From Spirochaetia bacterium (GTDB taxonomy: Bacteria > Spirochaetota > Spirochaetia > CAKZLE01): a stretch of 64,000 nt of DNA. Shown here in pieces: positions 1 through 9,318 of the stretch. Numbering within the stretch: position 1 is the first letter of the stretch; the number at the start of each line of letters is the position of its first letter. The notes under the pieces are model-generated. The model saw nothing but the letters and a program-made list of their open reading frames with translations. It did no database searches and was not told where the DNA came from. The stretch is from positions 2,112,001-2,176,000 of the forward strand of contig OY782041.1 of the NCBI GenBank assembly GCA_963677595.1, written 5' to 3'. The translations under genes and the position numbers were made by a program.

Positions 1-2
1 AT

Positions 3-824
3 ATCTTCAAGCAGCTCGACCGGCTGGAGGCAGACCTCCTGGTCATCGACCGGACCCGGGACGGGACCGGCGTGACCGCCTACACACCAGAGGACCTTGC
101 CCGGCTGAAGGGGGAGACCGGAGGACAGGTCGTCTCCTACCTGAGTATCGGTGAGGCTTCGTGGTTCCGTGACTATTTCCACCGCTCCTGGCTCAGCCGG
201 AACTCCCGCCGGATATGGTGGAATACCCCGGACTGGATCTCCTGCGAGGATGCCGAATGGCCGGGGAGCTTTCGGGTGAAGTTCTGGGTCGAGGAGTGGC
301 AGCAGATCGTGCTGGATATCGCGGACCAGATCATGGAGGCAGGTTTTGACGGTGTCTTCCTCGATCTCGTGGATGTCTTCGAATACTGGGCAGCGCCGGA
401 CTGCGGGGAGGCGATGGAGCGGGAGGTGACTGCCGGGTATATGGTCGACTTCGTCGTCCGGATCGCTAATCAGATCAGAGAAGTGAACCCCGAAGCGATC
501 GTCATCGTCCAGAACGCGGAGTATATCATCCACTACGGTGATGAACGGTACCTCGAGGCTGTTGACGGCCTCAACCTCGAGTCCCTCTACTACAAGAACG
601 GGAAGCCCCGTGATGCTGAACGTACCGAGCGGCGGTTCTCCTATATCCGGGAGTTCCAGGATGCCGGGGCTGCTGTGTTCGCCATCGATTACATCTATTC
701 CGAGGATGAAGAAGAGGATCTCCGGTGGTACACGGAGCAGACCCGGGCCGACGGTATCACGGGGTACCCCGCAGATGAGGATCTCCGGCTCTCGGAGATC
801 ACCCCCTTCTGGGTCTATCTATAG
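3..824 (+). CDS. Glycoside hydrolase family 114 / PelA-like TIM-barrel protein, 5' truncated by the window edge
   Basis: Frame is open from position 3 (IFKQLDRLEADLLVID...). Motifs YLSIGEA, GFDGVFLDLVD and IVQNAE...NLESLYY match this family. Confidence 0.75.
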   Translation: MFKQLDRLEADLLVIDRTRDGTGVTAYTPEDLARLKGETGGQVVSYLSIGEASWFRDYFHRSWLSRNSRRIWWNTPDWISCEDAEWPGSFRVKFWVEEWQQIVLDIADQIMEAGFDGVFLDLVDVFEYWAAPDCGEAMEREVTAGYMVDFVVRIANQIREVNPEAIVIVQNAEYIIHYGDERYLEAVDGLNLESLYYKNGKPRDAERTERRFSYIREFQDAGAAVFAIDYIYSEDEEEDLRWYTEQTRADGITGYPADEDLRLSEITPFWVYL

Positions 825-2036
825 GATCTCTGCGGTGATCCCCTCTTCGGAGAGGATACGGAAGAACTCCCTCGATACTGAGGGGTCCTGCACGGTCCTG
901 GTGAAGGTGATGCGGATCACTCCGTCATACCCGATGATCCCGCAGTTCTCATGGTTGATGCTGTTCGGTCCCAGGGTGAAGTCGAACCCCGTGATGAGTC
1001 CGGCCATCTCGTCCGGGATCTCCACCTGCCGCATGTTCGACAGGGTCCCCGAGTGGTAGAGCTCTCCCTGCTCGAACCTGCCGAGCCGGTGGAGCCCGTT
1101 CTGCAGCCGGAGGTGCCGGGTGAAGTTGGTCCGTATCGTTGATGAGATCTGTTTCTTCTGACGGGCATACCGGAGGGAGTGGCAGACGTGCCTGATCAAT
1201 TCAGGGAGGTCATACTCGCCGAGGCCGGTATGGATCTCCGGGCGGATGAAGAGTGAGAAGTTTCGTAAGGTCTCCGTCTCATAGAAGCCCCTGAGGTCGA
1301 CCGGGATACTGAGCCTGATCGGGGTCTCCCGGTTCGATTCCCGCTGCTGGATGCGGTAGAGCGCATACAAGTAGACAGCCCCGAGGTACTCGGTGACAGT
1401 GACCTGGTACTTCTTCGTGGTCTCTTTCAAGGTCTCGGTCGGGATCACGCCGGTGATCCTCCCGAGGCGGTTCGCTTCCAGGGGACGGCCGTCTGTGTGG
1501 AAGGCCCTCCCGGTGAGTTTCGTGGTGGGTATATCCTCATGGTAGCAGGCCCTGAAGGCATCCTCGGTCTCGGAAGGGAGGATGCTGGAGCCCGGCTCCC
1601 GGACCAGCCCGCTTTCCGGGACAGCATGGCCTGCAAGCCTGAGATAGGCGAGGAGCAGGGTCTTGAGCATGGTCAGCACCCCGTGGCCGTCTGTCAGCGA
1701 GGATGAGGCTGCGATACCGATGTACTTCGTGTCATAGACGACCATCAGGGGGAAGGGAAGGTTCCGCCACTTGACCATATGGCCCTTCTGGACGACCCTC
1801 CGTGCCTGGGGGATGTGATCATCATAACGCAGCACCGAGGAGAAGAGGGTCTGCCCCTCCCTGACCCGGATGAAGGGGTACCGGGCAGCCAGAAGGCTGA
1901 CTGCCTCCTGGAGGAGCTCCGGGTCCACGGGTTCCCGCAGGTCTGCTGAGACGCAGAAAGTCGACGGCATCGACTTGATAGCCAGTGAGGGTATGAATGA
2001 TCTTGGGTTCGGTCCGTTCTGTATGCTGTCGCTCAT
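819..2036 (-). CDS. Alcohol acetyltransferase / condensation-domain-like CoA-dependent acyltransferase; catalytic His appears lost
   Basis: SSSLTDGHG sits at the HxxxDG position; also IPVDLRGFY..TLRNFSL and TLSNM motifs. Confidence 0.7.
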   Translation of the reverse strand: MSDSIQNGPNPRSFIPSLAIKSMPSTFCVSADLREPVDPELLQEAVSLLAARYPFIRVREGQTLFSSVLRYDDHIPQARRVVQKGHMVKWRNLPFPLMVVYDTKYIGIAASSSLTDGHGVLTMLKTLLLAYLRLAGHAVPESGLVREPGSSILPSETEDAFRACYHEDIPTTKLTGRAFHTDGRPLEANRLGRITGVIPTETLKETTKKYQVTVTEYLGAVYLYALYRIQQRESNRETPIRLSIPVDLRGFYETETLRNFSLFIRPEIHTGLGEYDLPELIRHVCHSLRYARQKKQISSTIRTNFTRHLRLQNGLHRLGRFEQGELYHSGTLSNMRQVEIPDEMAGLITGFDFTLGPNSINHENCGIIGYDGVIRITFTRTVQDPSVSREFFRILSEEGITAEIL

Positions 2037-2112
2037 TTCTCCTTAACCCTATAATCATTTTCGCATTTAGTCTATATTTATCTGTAGATACAGTTCACGA
2101 CGGAGGTAACCA

Positions 2113-2634
2113 GTGATGGATTTCTATGATGCAGTGAAGAACCGTTTCAGTGTTCGCTCGTATGACCCAAGGCCCGTAGAGCAGGAGAAGCTTGACCGGA
2201 TCCTCGAGGCAGCCAGGCAGGCGCCCTCGGCACGAAACCAGCAGGAGTGCCGGTATGTGGTGGTGACCGACCCCGTCAAGCGAGGTCTCCTTGCCGAGGC
2301 GGCATACGGGCAGAAGTTCGTGGGGCAGGCCCCGGTCGTGATCGTCTGCTGCTCGGTCTCCGACGGCAAGCTCATGCGGTGCGGCCATGCACGCTACGGC
2401 ATAGATTCAGGGATCGCCATCGAGCACCTGGCACTGGCAGCTGCTGCTGAGGGACTGGGGAGCTGCTGGATAGGTTCCTTCCAGCCGGAGAGCGTGAAGG
2501 AGATCCTCGGGATCCCCGACGAAGTCATGGTGGTCGAACTGCTCCCGGTCGGGTACGCGACAGCGGATGCCAAGCCGGGAAGGGGCCGAATGCCGGTAGA
2601 GGAACTCGTCTGCTATGACGGGTGGAGTCTCTGA
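2113..2634 (+). CDS. Nitroreductase family protein
   Basis: RFSVRSY, APSARNQQ and GLGSCWIG motifs; GGAGG RBS upstream. Confidence 0.9.
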   Translation: MMDFYDAVKNRFSVRSYDPRPVEQEKLDRILEAARQAPSARNQQECRYVVVTDPVKRGLLAEAAYGQKFVGQAPVVIVCCSVSDGKLMRCGHARYGIDSGIAIEHLALAAAAEGLGSCWIGSFQPESVKEILGIPDEVMVVELLPVGYATADAKPGRGRMPVEELVCYDGWSL

Positions 2635-2640
2635 TTCTGT

Positions 2641-3714
2641 ATGGTCACACTCCGCGAGTTCACACCTGACGATATACCCCTCCTGCTTAGCTGGGCAGGA
2701 GAGGGGGATGAACGGGAACTGCTGCTCTGGGCAGGCCCGTCTTTTACCTACCCGCTGACCGAGAGCAAGCTGAGGGAGTTCCTTGTGACGAAGAGGAACT
2801 CACGTCTCTTCATCATCGAAGATGGGGGGATCGCAACCGGGATCATCGAGCTCGGGTCCATCGACCTGGCCCATCGTAATGCGAGGATCCAAAAGGTCTT
2901 CATCGGGAGGCGGGAAGCTCGTAGTAAGGGCCTTGCAGGCCTTGCCGTGCGGGAAGTGATCAGGATCTGCACCGAGGAGCTCCACCTGCACAAGGTCACC
3001 CTCGGTGTCCTGGCAGGCAACAGGATCGCCTACCGCACCTACGTGGGCATGGGGTTCTCCGTGGAGGGGATCCAGCGGGAGTACCGCTTCTTCTACGGGC
3101 AGTGGTACGACCTCATCACGATGGCGATGTTCCCTGAGCGGGACCTCATACCAGATTCGAGGATCCCGGCCCGGCTCTATGAGACGGAACGGCTCATCGT
3201 CAGGACGGCCGTCCCCGCAGATGCCGATGCCGCCCTCGACTACTACCGAAGGAACCGGGAGTTCCTCTCTACCTTCGGGCCGCTCCGGCCTGAGCAGTTC
3301 TACACCCGGGAGACGCAGGAAGATATCATCCTGCAGGACATGCTGCTCGAGCGGCAGCAGACTGGCATACGGTTCTGGATCGAGAGAATCGAAGAACCTG
3401 GGCGGTTCATCGGGAACATGAGCTTCTCGAACACCGTGCGGGGGTATTTTCAGTCAGCCTATCTCGGCTACCAGCTCGATGCGCAGGAGGTGCGCAACGG
3501 CTATATGACCGAGGCCCTCAGGGTCATGGTCTATTACGGCTTCACTGAGTTCAAACTCCATAGGATCGAGGCGAACATCATGCCGGAGAACGAGGCCTCC
3601 CTCGCGACGATCAGGAGACTGGGATTCACCTATGAGGGAGAGGCCCCTGACTACCTCTTCATCCGTGATGCCTGGCAGACCCACCACCATTATGCACTGA
3701 TCAGGGAGATCTGA
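2641..3714 (+). CDS. Tandem GNAT acetyltransferase (two RimJ/RimL-like domains)
   Basis: Two GNAT repeats. The C-terminal half is RimJ-like (RGYFQSAYLGY, LHRIEANIMPEN). Confidence 0.85.
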   Translation: MVTLREFTPDDIPLLLSWAGEGDERELLLWAGPSFTYPLTESKLREFLVTKRNSRLFIIEDGGIATGIIELGSIDLAHRNARIQKVFIGRREARSKGLAGLAVREVIRICTEELHLHKVTLGVLAGNRIAYRTYVGMGFSVEGIQREYRFFYGQWYDLITMAMFPERDLIPDSRIPARLYETERLIVRTAVPADADAALDYYRRNREFLSTFGPLRPEQFYTRETQEDIILQDMLLERQQTGIRFWIERIEEPGRFIGNMSFSNTVRGYFQSAYLGYQLDAQEVRNGYMTEALRVMVYYGFTEFKLHRIEANIMPENEASLATIRRLGFTYEGEAPDYLFIRDAWQTHHHYALIREI

Positions 3715-3735
3715 GGCAACATTTCCTGGTTGAGC

Positions 3736-3777
3736 TTGACAAGAGCTTCATAATGCATTATATTTAGCATATGCCAA
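3736..3777 (+). promoter_or_regulatory. Sigma70 promoter with an overlapping palindromic operator candidate
   Basis: TTGACA(3736)-17 nt-TATATT(3759), followed by the imperfect palindrome TTAGCATATGCCAA (3764-3777). Confidence 0.7.
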
Positions 3778-3815
3778 TTAAGGGTGTACGAACAGTACGT
3801 CCGAAGGAGTAAGGT

Positions 3816-4049
3816 ATGCCAAGATTTGATGGAACCGGCCCGAACGGAGAAGGGCCGAGAACAGGTTGGGGATACGGCAGGTGCCCGGTCCCCGCAGGAG
3901 AAGAACAGAAGACAGCAGAGAGCGCAGGGACTGAACCTGCAGCCGTGCCGCAGTACGGTATGGGTCGCGGTCTCGGACGGGGTTTCCGGCCACGAGGCGG
4001 CAGGGGCATGGGACGAGGCTTCGGCAGGAGAGGAGGCGGTAGATGGTAG
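3816..4049 (+). CDS. DUF5320 family Gly/Arg-rich small protein
   Basis: MPRFDGTGPNGEGPRTGWGYGRC N-terminus and GRG-repeat tail; adjacent to NifX-family genes. Confidence 0.8.
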   Translation: MPRFDGTGPNGEGPRTGWGYGRCPVPAGEEQKTAESAGTEPAAVPQYGMGRGLGRGFRPRGGRGMGRGFGRRGGGRW

Positions 4050-4408
4050 TGGCGATCCCGGTCACGGAAGACCACGGCATGGAGTCCCGGGTGGACCCCC
4101 GTTTTGGCAGGGCGGCAGGATTCATCCTCTATTCGAAGGAGTCAGGGGATCTCTCCTATCTGGCGAACACCCAGAACTATGAGGCAGCCCAGGGGGCTGG
4201 GATCCAGACGGCCCAGAACCTGATAGGTGCGAAGGTGACGACCGTGATCTCAGGCCTCTGCGGTCCGAAGGCCTATGCCGTCCTCTCGAGGGGCGGGGTG
4301 GAGCTCTACTACCGGAAGGGCGGTACGGTGCAGGATGCACTCGAGGAACTGGAGAAGGGTAGGCTGCAGCCGGCAGCTGATGCGAACATCGAGGGCCATT
4401 GGGTCTGA
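4043..4408 (+). CDS. NifB/NifX family Fe-Mo cofactor-binding domain protein
   Basis: RFGRA, GAGIQTAQ and CGPKA motifs. Confidence 0.85.
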   Translation: MVVAIPVTEDHGMESRVDPRFGRAAGFILYSKESGDLSYLANTQNYEAAQGAGIQTAQNLIGAKVTTVISGLCGPKAYAVLSRGGVELYYRKGGTVQDALEELEKGRLQPAADANIEGHWV

Positions 4409-4499
4409 TCCGGTAAAAAATAGCATATGCCGGTATTGGCTATTTCTGCGAAAGTGTGTATAACTGTGACTAAGATGACTGAACTCGGAGGTAAGAGAG

Positions 4500-4838
4500 A
4501 TGAGATATGCCGTACCATGCGTGAATGGGAAGCTCAGTATGCATTTCGGGCACTGCCAGGAATTCGTGCTTGTTGATACAGATGATGAGAAGAAGAGCAT
4601 CACCGGCTCACAGAGCCTGGTGCCGCCCCCCCATGAGCCGGGCGTCCTGCCACAGTGGCTCCATGAGCAGGGTGCGAACGTGATCATTGCCGGCGGTATG
4701 GGCACCCGTGCCCAGCAGCTCTTCACGGCGAACGACATCACCGTCATCACCGGCGCCCCTGCAGGGGACCCGGAAGAGCTGGTGAGCGTCTACATGAGCG
4801 GTGCCCTGGAGACCGGGGACAACGCCTGCGACCACTAG
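4500..4838 (+). CDS. NifB/NifX family protein
   Basis: HFGHC, PPPHEPG, IAGGMG and C-terminal NACDH motifs. Confidence 0.85.
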   Translation: MRYAVPCVNGKLSMHFGHCQEFVLVDTDDEKKSITGSQSLVPPPHEPGVLPQWLHEQGANVIIAGGMGTRAQQLFTANDITVITGAPAGDPEELVSVYMSGALETGDNACDH

Positions 4839-4877
4839 TCGCAGCAGCCTGAAACAGGCAGCAGGGGGTGACCTTCG

Positions 4878-5717
4878 TTATTGGGGGTCGCCTTTTTTCG
4901 TATCAGGGGAGACCCCGAGTTTCTGGAGGTAGTTCTTCCGGTAGTTCGTCGGGGCAAGACCCGTATAGGCCTTGAAGGTCCTGCTGAAATGGAACTCGCT
5001 GTAGAAGTGCAGTTTAGCCGCGATCTCCTTGACCGAGAGCGTCGTCTCGGCAAGCATGGCTCCCGCTGCCTCGATCTTCAGCTTCATGTAGTATTTCATC
5101 GGGGTGTTGTGGACCCTCCGGCGGAAGAGCCGGATGAAGTAGGACTCGTTGAGCCTGATATGGTTCGCGATGTCAGTGAGGGTGACCGACCCCATCACGT
5201 TATTCTGCATGAAGGTGATGGCTTTCTCGAGGTGGATGCTCTCCTCCCTGCCGTAGGGACTCACGTCATCCTCGGAGAGCTGGTAGAGGAAGGAGATGAG
5301 CTGGTGGGCAGCCGACATCTGGAGGTTCCGCTGGCCTGAGAGCCCCTTCTCTCTGATCTCCTCGAAGAAGAAGCGACGGTTCGTCCCCACCGTATAGGAT
5401 CCCCGCCTCTCCGTCTCCCCGGCAAGCAGGCTGCGCAGCTCATGATCAGAATCAGGGACCTCGATGAGCACCGCGTAATAGGTGATGGGATCATGGAGGT
5501 CCTGGGCCTGGATCGAATGCTGGGTCTCGGGTCCCGTGACGAAGAGCATCCCCGGTGATAATCTATAATATGTATTGTCGTTCAGGAAGGTCCCCTCGCC
5601 CTGGAGAAAGTAGTGGATCTCATACAGATGCGCACCGTGCTGGTGGAAACGGCCGTGCCACCGGATCTCCTCGACCTCCTTCATCTGGTAGACGAAGACT
5701 GCGTCTATTATCCTCAT
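4878..5717 (-). CDS. AraC family regulator (cupin plus HTH), probable xylose regulator
   Basis: Cupin HxH...EIHYF motif and C-terminal AraC HTH; divergent from xylB. Start at 5717 chosen because TATAAT lies 7 nt upstream (alternative start 5735). Confidence 0.85.
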   Translation of the reverse strand: MRIIDAVFVYQMKEVEEIRWHGRFHQHGAHLYEIHYFLQGEGTFLNDNTYYRLSPGMLFVTGPETQHSIQAQDLHDPITYYAVLIEVPDSDHELRSLLAGETERRGSYTVGTNRRFFFEEIREKGLSGQRNLQMSAAHQLISFLYQLSEDDVSPYGREESIHLEKAITFMQNNVMGSVTLTDIANHIRLNESYFIRLFRRRVHNTPMKYYMKLKIEAAGAMLAETTLSVKEIAAKLHFYSEFHFSRTFKAYTGLAPTNYRKNYLQKLGVSPDTKKGDPQ

Positions 5718-5812
5718 AATGTCAATTATATGCATGTCTTATCAATTATGTCCATTCATAAATGGCTATTTTGGGGTGAGAATAGAGCTAACCTTGAGAT
5801 AGGAGCAGGCAT

Positions 5813-7297
5813 ATGAAGACAGTCGCAGGGATCGACACCGGTACCCAGAGTACCAAGGTCGTCGTATATGATTATGAGTCCAAGACGATCGTGGCAGAGG
5901 GCTCAGCCTCCCATGAGCTCGTCAGCAGGAATGACGGCACCCGGGAGCAGGAGGCTTCCTGGTGGATCGATGCGATCAGGGAGAGTTTCTCCCAGATTCC
6001 CGCGGAGGTCAGACAGACGATCGGGGCGGTCGGCGTCTCCGGACAGCAGCACGGGTTCGTGCCCGTGGATGCGGACGGCGAGGTGCTCTACCCGGTGAAA
6101 CTCTGGTGCGACACCTCTACCGCGGCTGAGTGCGGCGAGATCACCGAATCCTTCGGCGGCGGGGACGCGCTGCTGGAGAAGGCCGGCAACCTGGTGCTGC
6201 CTGGGTATACCGCGCCGAAGATCCTCTGGCTGAAGAAGAACCATACGGATCTGTATGACCGGATGGCGAAGATCCTCCTTCCCCATGACTATATCAACTG
6301 GTACCTGACCGGGGAGTACACCATGGAGTATGGTGACGCCTCAGGGACTGCCCTCCTTACCGTCGGGACACGGGAGTGGAATACCAGCCTGCTAGCCGCG
6401 CTGGACCCCGACCGGGATCTCAGCGAATGCCTCCCGAGGCTGATCGGGCCGCAGGAGAAGGCCGGTCTCGTCACGGAGAAGACTGCGGCAGAGTTCGGGA
6501 TCCCTGCCGGCATCCCCGTATCGAGCGGAGGCGGGGACAACATGATGGGGGCGATCGGCACGGGCACGGTCTCCTCCGGTGTACTCACCATGAGCCTCGG
6601 CACCTCCGGTACGATCTACGGTTATTCCGATACCCCCGTCATCGACCGGAACGGCTCGCTCGCAGCCTTCTGTTCCTCGACCGGCGGCTGGCTGCCGCTC
6701 TTATGCACCATGAACTGCACCGTTGCCTCCGAGCTGACGAGAACCCTCTTCGAGAAAGGCGTCAAGGAGTTCGACGGGACTGCTGAGCAGGCTCCTGCCG
6801 GGGCGGAAGGGGTACTCATGCTGCCCTTCTTCAACGGGGAGCGAACCCCGAACTTCCCCAACGGCAAGGGGTGTATCGTGGGTCTCGACAATGCCAACTA
6901 CCGTGAGGCGAACATCTCGAGGGCTGCCATGGAGTCGGCGATCTTCGGGCTGAAGATGGGGCTCGATGCCTTCATCTCCCTCGGCTATGAGCCGAAGGAG
7001 GTCCGGCTCATCGGGGGCGGGGCGAACTCCCCGTTCTGGCGGCAGATCGCCGCTGACATCCTCGACCTGCCGGTCGTCATCCCGGTCGTCAAGGAGGCAG
7101 CAGCCTTCGGTGCTGCCCTGCAGGCGCTCTGGTGCCTGGAAGGCGACGGGGTTTCGATCGAGGCGATCGCCGGGGAGCACATCGGGCTTGATGAGCGCAA
7201 GGGTTGCGTTCCCGATACCGCCGATGCAGCTGCCTATAGGGAAATATATGCACGGTACAGCGCGTATGTCGAAGCCATGACGCCGCTGTTCTCATAG
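5813..7297 (+). CDS. xylB: Xylulokinase
   Basis: FGGY kinase motifs GIDTGTQSTK, SGQQHG, GGGDN and GERTP; adjacent to xylA. Confidence 0.93.
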   Translation: MKTVAGIDTGTQSTKVVVYDYESKTIVAEGSASHELVSRNDGTREQEASWWIDAIRESFSQIPAEVRQTIGAVGVSGQQHGFVPVDADGEVLYPVKLWCDTSTAAECGEITESFGGGDALLEKAGNLVLPGYTAPKILWLKKNHTDLYDRMAKILLPHDYINWYLTGEYTMEYGDASGTALLTVGTREWNTSLLAALDPDRDLSECLPRLIGPQEKAGLVTEKTAAEFGIPAGIPVSSGGGDNMMGAIGTGTVSSGVLTMSLGTSGTIYGYSDTPVIDRNGSLAAFCSSTGGWLPLLCTMNCTVASELTRTLFEKGVKEFDGTAEQAPAGAEGVLMLPFFNGERTPNFPNGKGCIVGLDNANYREANISRAAMESAIFGLKMGLDAFISLGYEPKEVRLIGGGANSPFWRQIAADILDLPVVIPVVKEAAAFGAALQALWCLEGDGVSIEAIAGEHIGLDERKGCVPDTADAAAYREIYARYSAYVEAMTPLFS

Positions 7298-7333
7298 AGA
7301 TCAAGAAAACACTATGTATAAAGAGGTACTAGT

Positions 7334-8668
7334 ATGACAACACCATTTATCGGAGCAAAGGAATACTTCCCCGGGATCGGGAAGATCGGGTTCGAGGGAA
7401 GGGGTTCTGACAACCCGCTGGCATTCAAGTTCTACAACCCGGACAAGGTCGTTGCCGGGAAGAGCATGCGGGAGCACCTGCGGTTCGCGATCGCCTACTG
7501 GCACTCCTTCTGCGCGAACGGGACCGACCCCTTCGGCAGCGGGACCATCATCTTTCCCTGGGCTGATGCCGACCCCATGACCGCGGCACTGAAGAAGGCA
7601 GATGCGGCATTCGAGTTCTTCACGAAGATCGGCGCGGACTACTACTGCTTCCATGACGCTGACGTCTCCCCGGAGGGGAACAGTGTTGCTGAATACGAGA
7701 AGAACTACCACCAGGTAGCCGAAGCCCTCAAGGAGCGGCAGGAGGCGACCGGGGTGAAGCTTCTGTGGAACACGGCTAATGTCTTCTCCAACCCGAGGTA
7801 TATGAACGGTGCGGCTACGAACCCCGATTTCGACGTGGTCTCACGGGTCGCCGTCCAGGTCAAGAACTGCCTTGACGTGAACGTGATGCTCGGCGGCGAG
7901 AACTATGTCTTCTGGGGCGGACGGGAAGGCTACATGGACCTGTGGAACACCGACATGAAGCAGGAGACCGAGCACCTCGCACGGTTCCTCACCATGGCAC
8001 GGGACTACGGCAGGAAGATCGGCTTCACCGGGAACTTCCTCATCGAGCCTAAGCCGATGGAGCCTACCAAGCACCAGTACGACTACGATGCGGCCACCAC
8101 CATCGGCTTCATCAGGCAGCACGGCCTCGAGCAGGACTTCAAGTGCAACATCGAGAACAACCATGCGACCCTCGCAGGGCACACCTTCGCCCATGACCTT
8201 CAGGTCTGTGCGGATGCCGGGATGCTCGGGAGCATCGACGCGAACCAGGGTGACTACCAGAACGGCTGGGATACCGATGAGTTCCCGACGAACGTCTATG
8301 ACGCGGTAGAGGCGATGATGGTCGTGCTGAACGCAGGCGGGCTCACTTCCGGCGGGCTTAACTTCGACGCGAAGGTCAGGAGGAACTCCACAGATGCGGA
8401 AGACCTCTTCATCGCGCACATCGGCGGTATGGACACCTTCGCCCTGAGCCTTGAGCTGGCAGACAGGATCATCTCGGACGGGAAGATATCGGGCATGAAG
8501 GATGAGCGCTACAGCAGCTTCGCAGGCGGCAAAGGCCTTGCCTTCGCTACCGGTGAGATGACGCTCGAGGATCTCTATGCAGTCGGGAAAGAGGTCGGGG
8601 AACCGGCACGGACGAGCGGCAAGCAGGAGAAGATCCGGAACATGGTCAACCAGTACCTCTTTGGGTAG
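7334..8668 (+). CDS. xylA: Xylose isomerase (class II)
   Basis: [22 protein letters not shown] and GWDTDEFP motifs. Confidence 0.97.
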   Translation: MTTPFIGAKEYFPGIGKIGFEGRGSDNPLAFKFYNPDKVVAGKSMREHLRFAIAYWHSFCANGTDPFGSGTIIFPWADADPMTAALKKADAAFEFFTKIGADYYCFHDADVSPEGNSVAEYEKNYHQVAEALKERQEATGVKLLWNTANVFSNPRYMNGAATNPDFDVVSRVAVQVKNCLDVNVMLGGENYVFWGGREGYMDLWNTDMKQETEHLARFLTMARDYGRKIGFTGNFLIEPKPMEPTKHQYDYDAATTIGFIRQHGLEQDFKCNIENNHATLAGHTFAHDLQVCADAGMLGSIDANQGDYQNGWDTDEFPTNVYDAVEAMMVVLNAGGLTSGGLNFDAKVRRNSTDAEDLFIAHIGGMDTFALSLELADRIISDGKISGMKDERYSSFAGGKGLAFATGEMTLEDLYAVGKEVGEPARTSGKQEKIRNMVNQYLFG

Positions 8669-8691
8669 GACGATACTTTAAGAGATAGAGT

Positions 8692-8717
8692 CAAGGTCCG
8701 AGGAAACCCGGACCTTG
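8692..8717. terminator. Hairpin terminator between convergent xylA and osmC
   Basis: Inverted repeat CAAGGTCCG...CGGACCTTG. Confidence 0.7.
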
Positions 8718-8724
8718 TTCATCG

Positions 8725-9120
8725 CTACTGGAACGAGACGTCCCAGGACATCTCGGCCACCTTCGCGATGGTGTTGTAGACCGAGCAGTACCTCGTCCCG
8801 ATGTCGCAGGCCTTCGTGATCTTCTTCTCGTCACTCGCCCCGGTCACCGTGATCGCGATATGGCACTCCTTCAGGGTCGCGACCTTCTCGTCGCGCTTCT
8901 CCCCGGAGACTTCCATCTCGAGGATGTCGTAGTCTGCCTGCATCTTCTCGGCTACCGACACGATGGTAGCGTACAGGCACCCCTCGAGGGCTGCGAGGAG
9001 CAGGTCGTAGGGCCTGAAGGACCCTTCGGCCTTCCCGATGTGCAGTGTGCTCCCGTCATCCTTGATGGCTTCCCAGCCTTCCTTCGTGAACCGTGCACGC
9101 ATGTGCTGTTTCTCACCCAT
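8725..9120 (-). CDS. OsmC/Ohr-like family protein
   Basis: FRPYDLLLAALEGC and RYCSVYNTI motifs; AGGAGG RBS before the ATG at 9120. Confidence 0.85.
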   Translation of the reverse strand: MGEKQHMRARFTKEGWEAIKDDGSTLHIGKAEGSFRPYDLLLAALEGCLYATIVSVAEKMQADYDILEMEVSGEKRDEKVATLKECHIAITVTGASDEKKITKACDIGTRYCSVYNTIAKVAEMSWDVSFQ

Positions 9121-9318
9121 GGCATACCTCCTGATACCTGTCACTATACGACGAAGGGGAAGAAAGATAAAGAGCGGATGCCCCTTCGGGGATGGATGGG
9201 TCCCCACCGTTCGCTAACTGCATTGAGCACATGGGTATAGGTTCCTCTTAACAGATTTTTACCCCACCTGTAGTGTAGAATTGATAAAAATTCATATCCG
9301 TAGTACAATTATGGCAGT

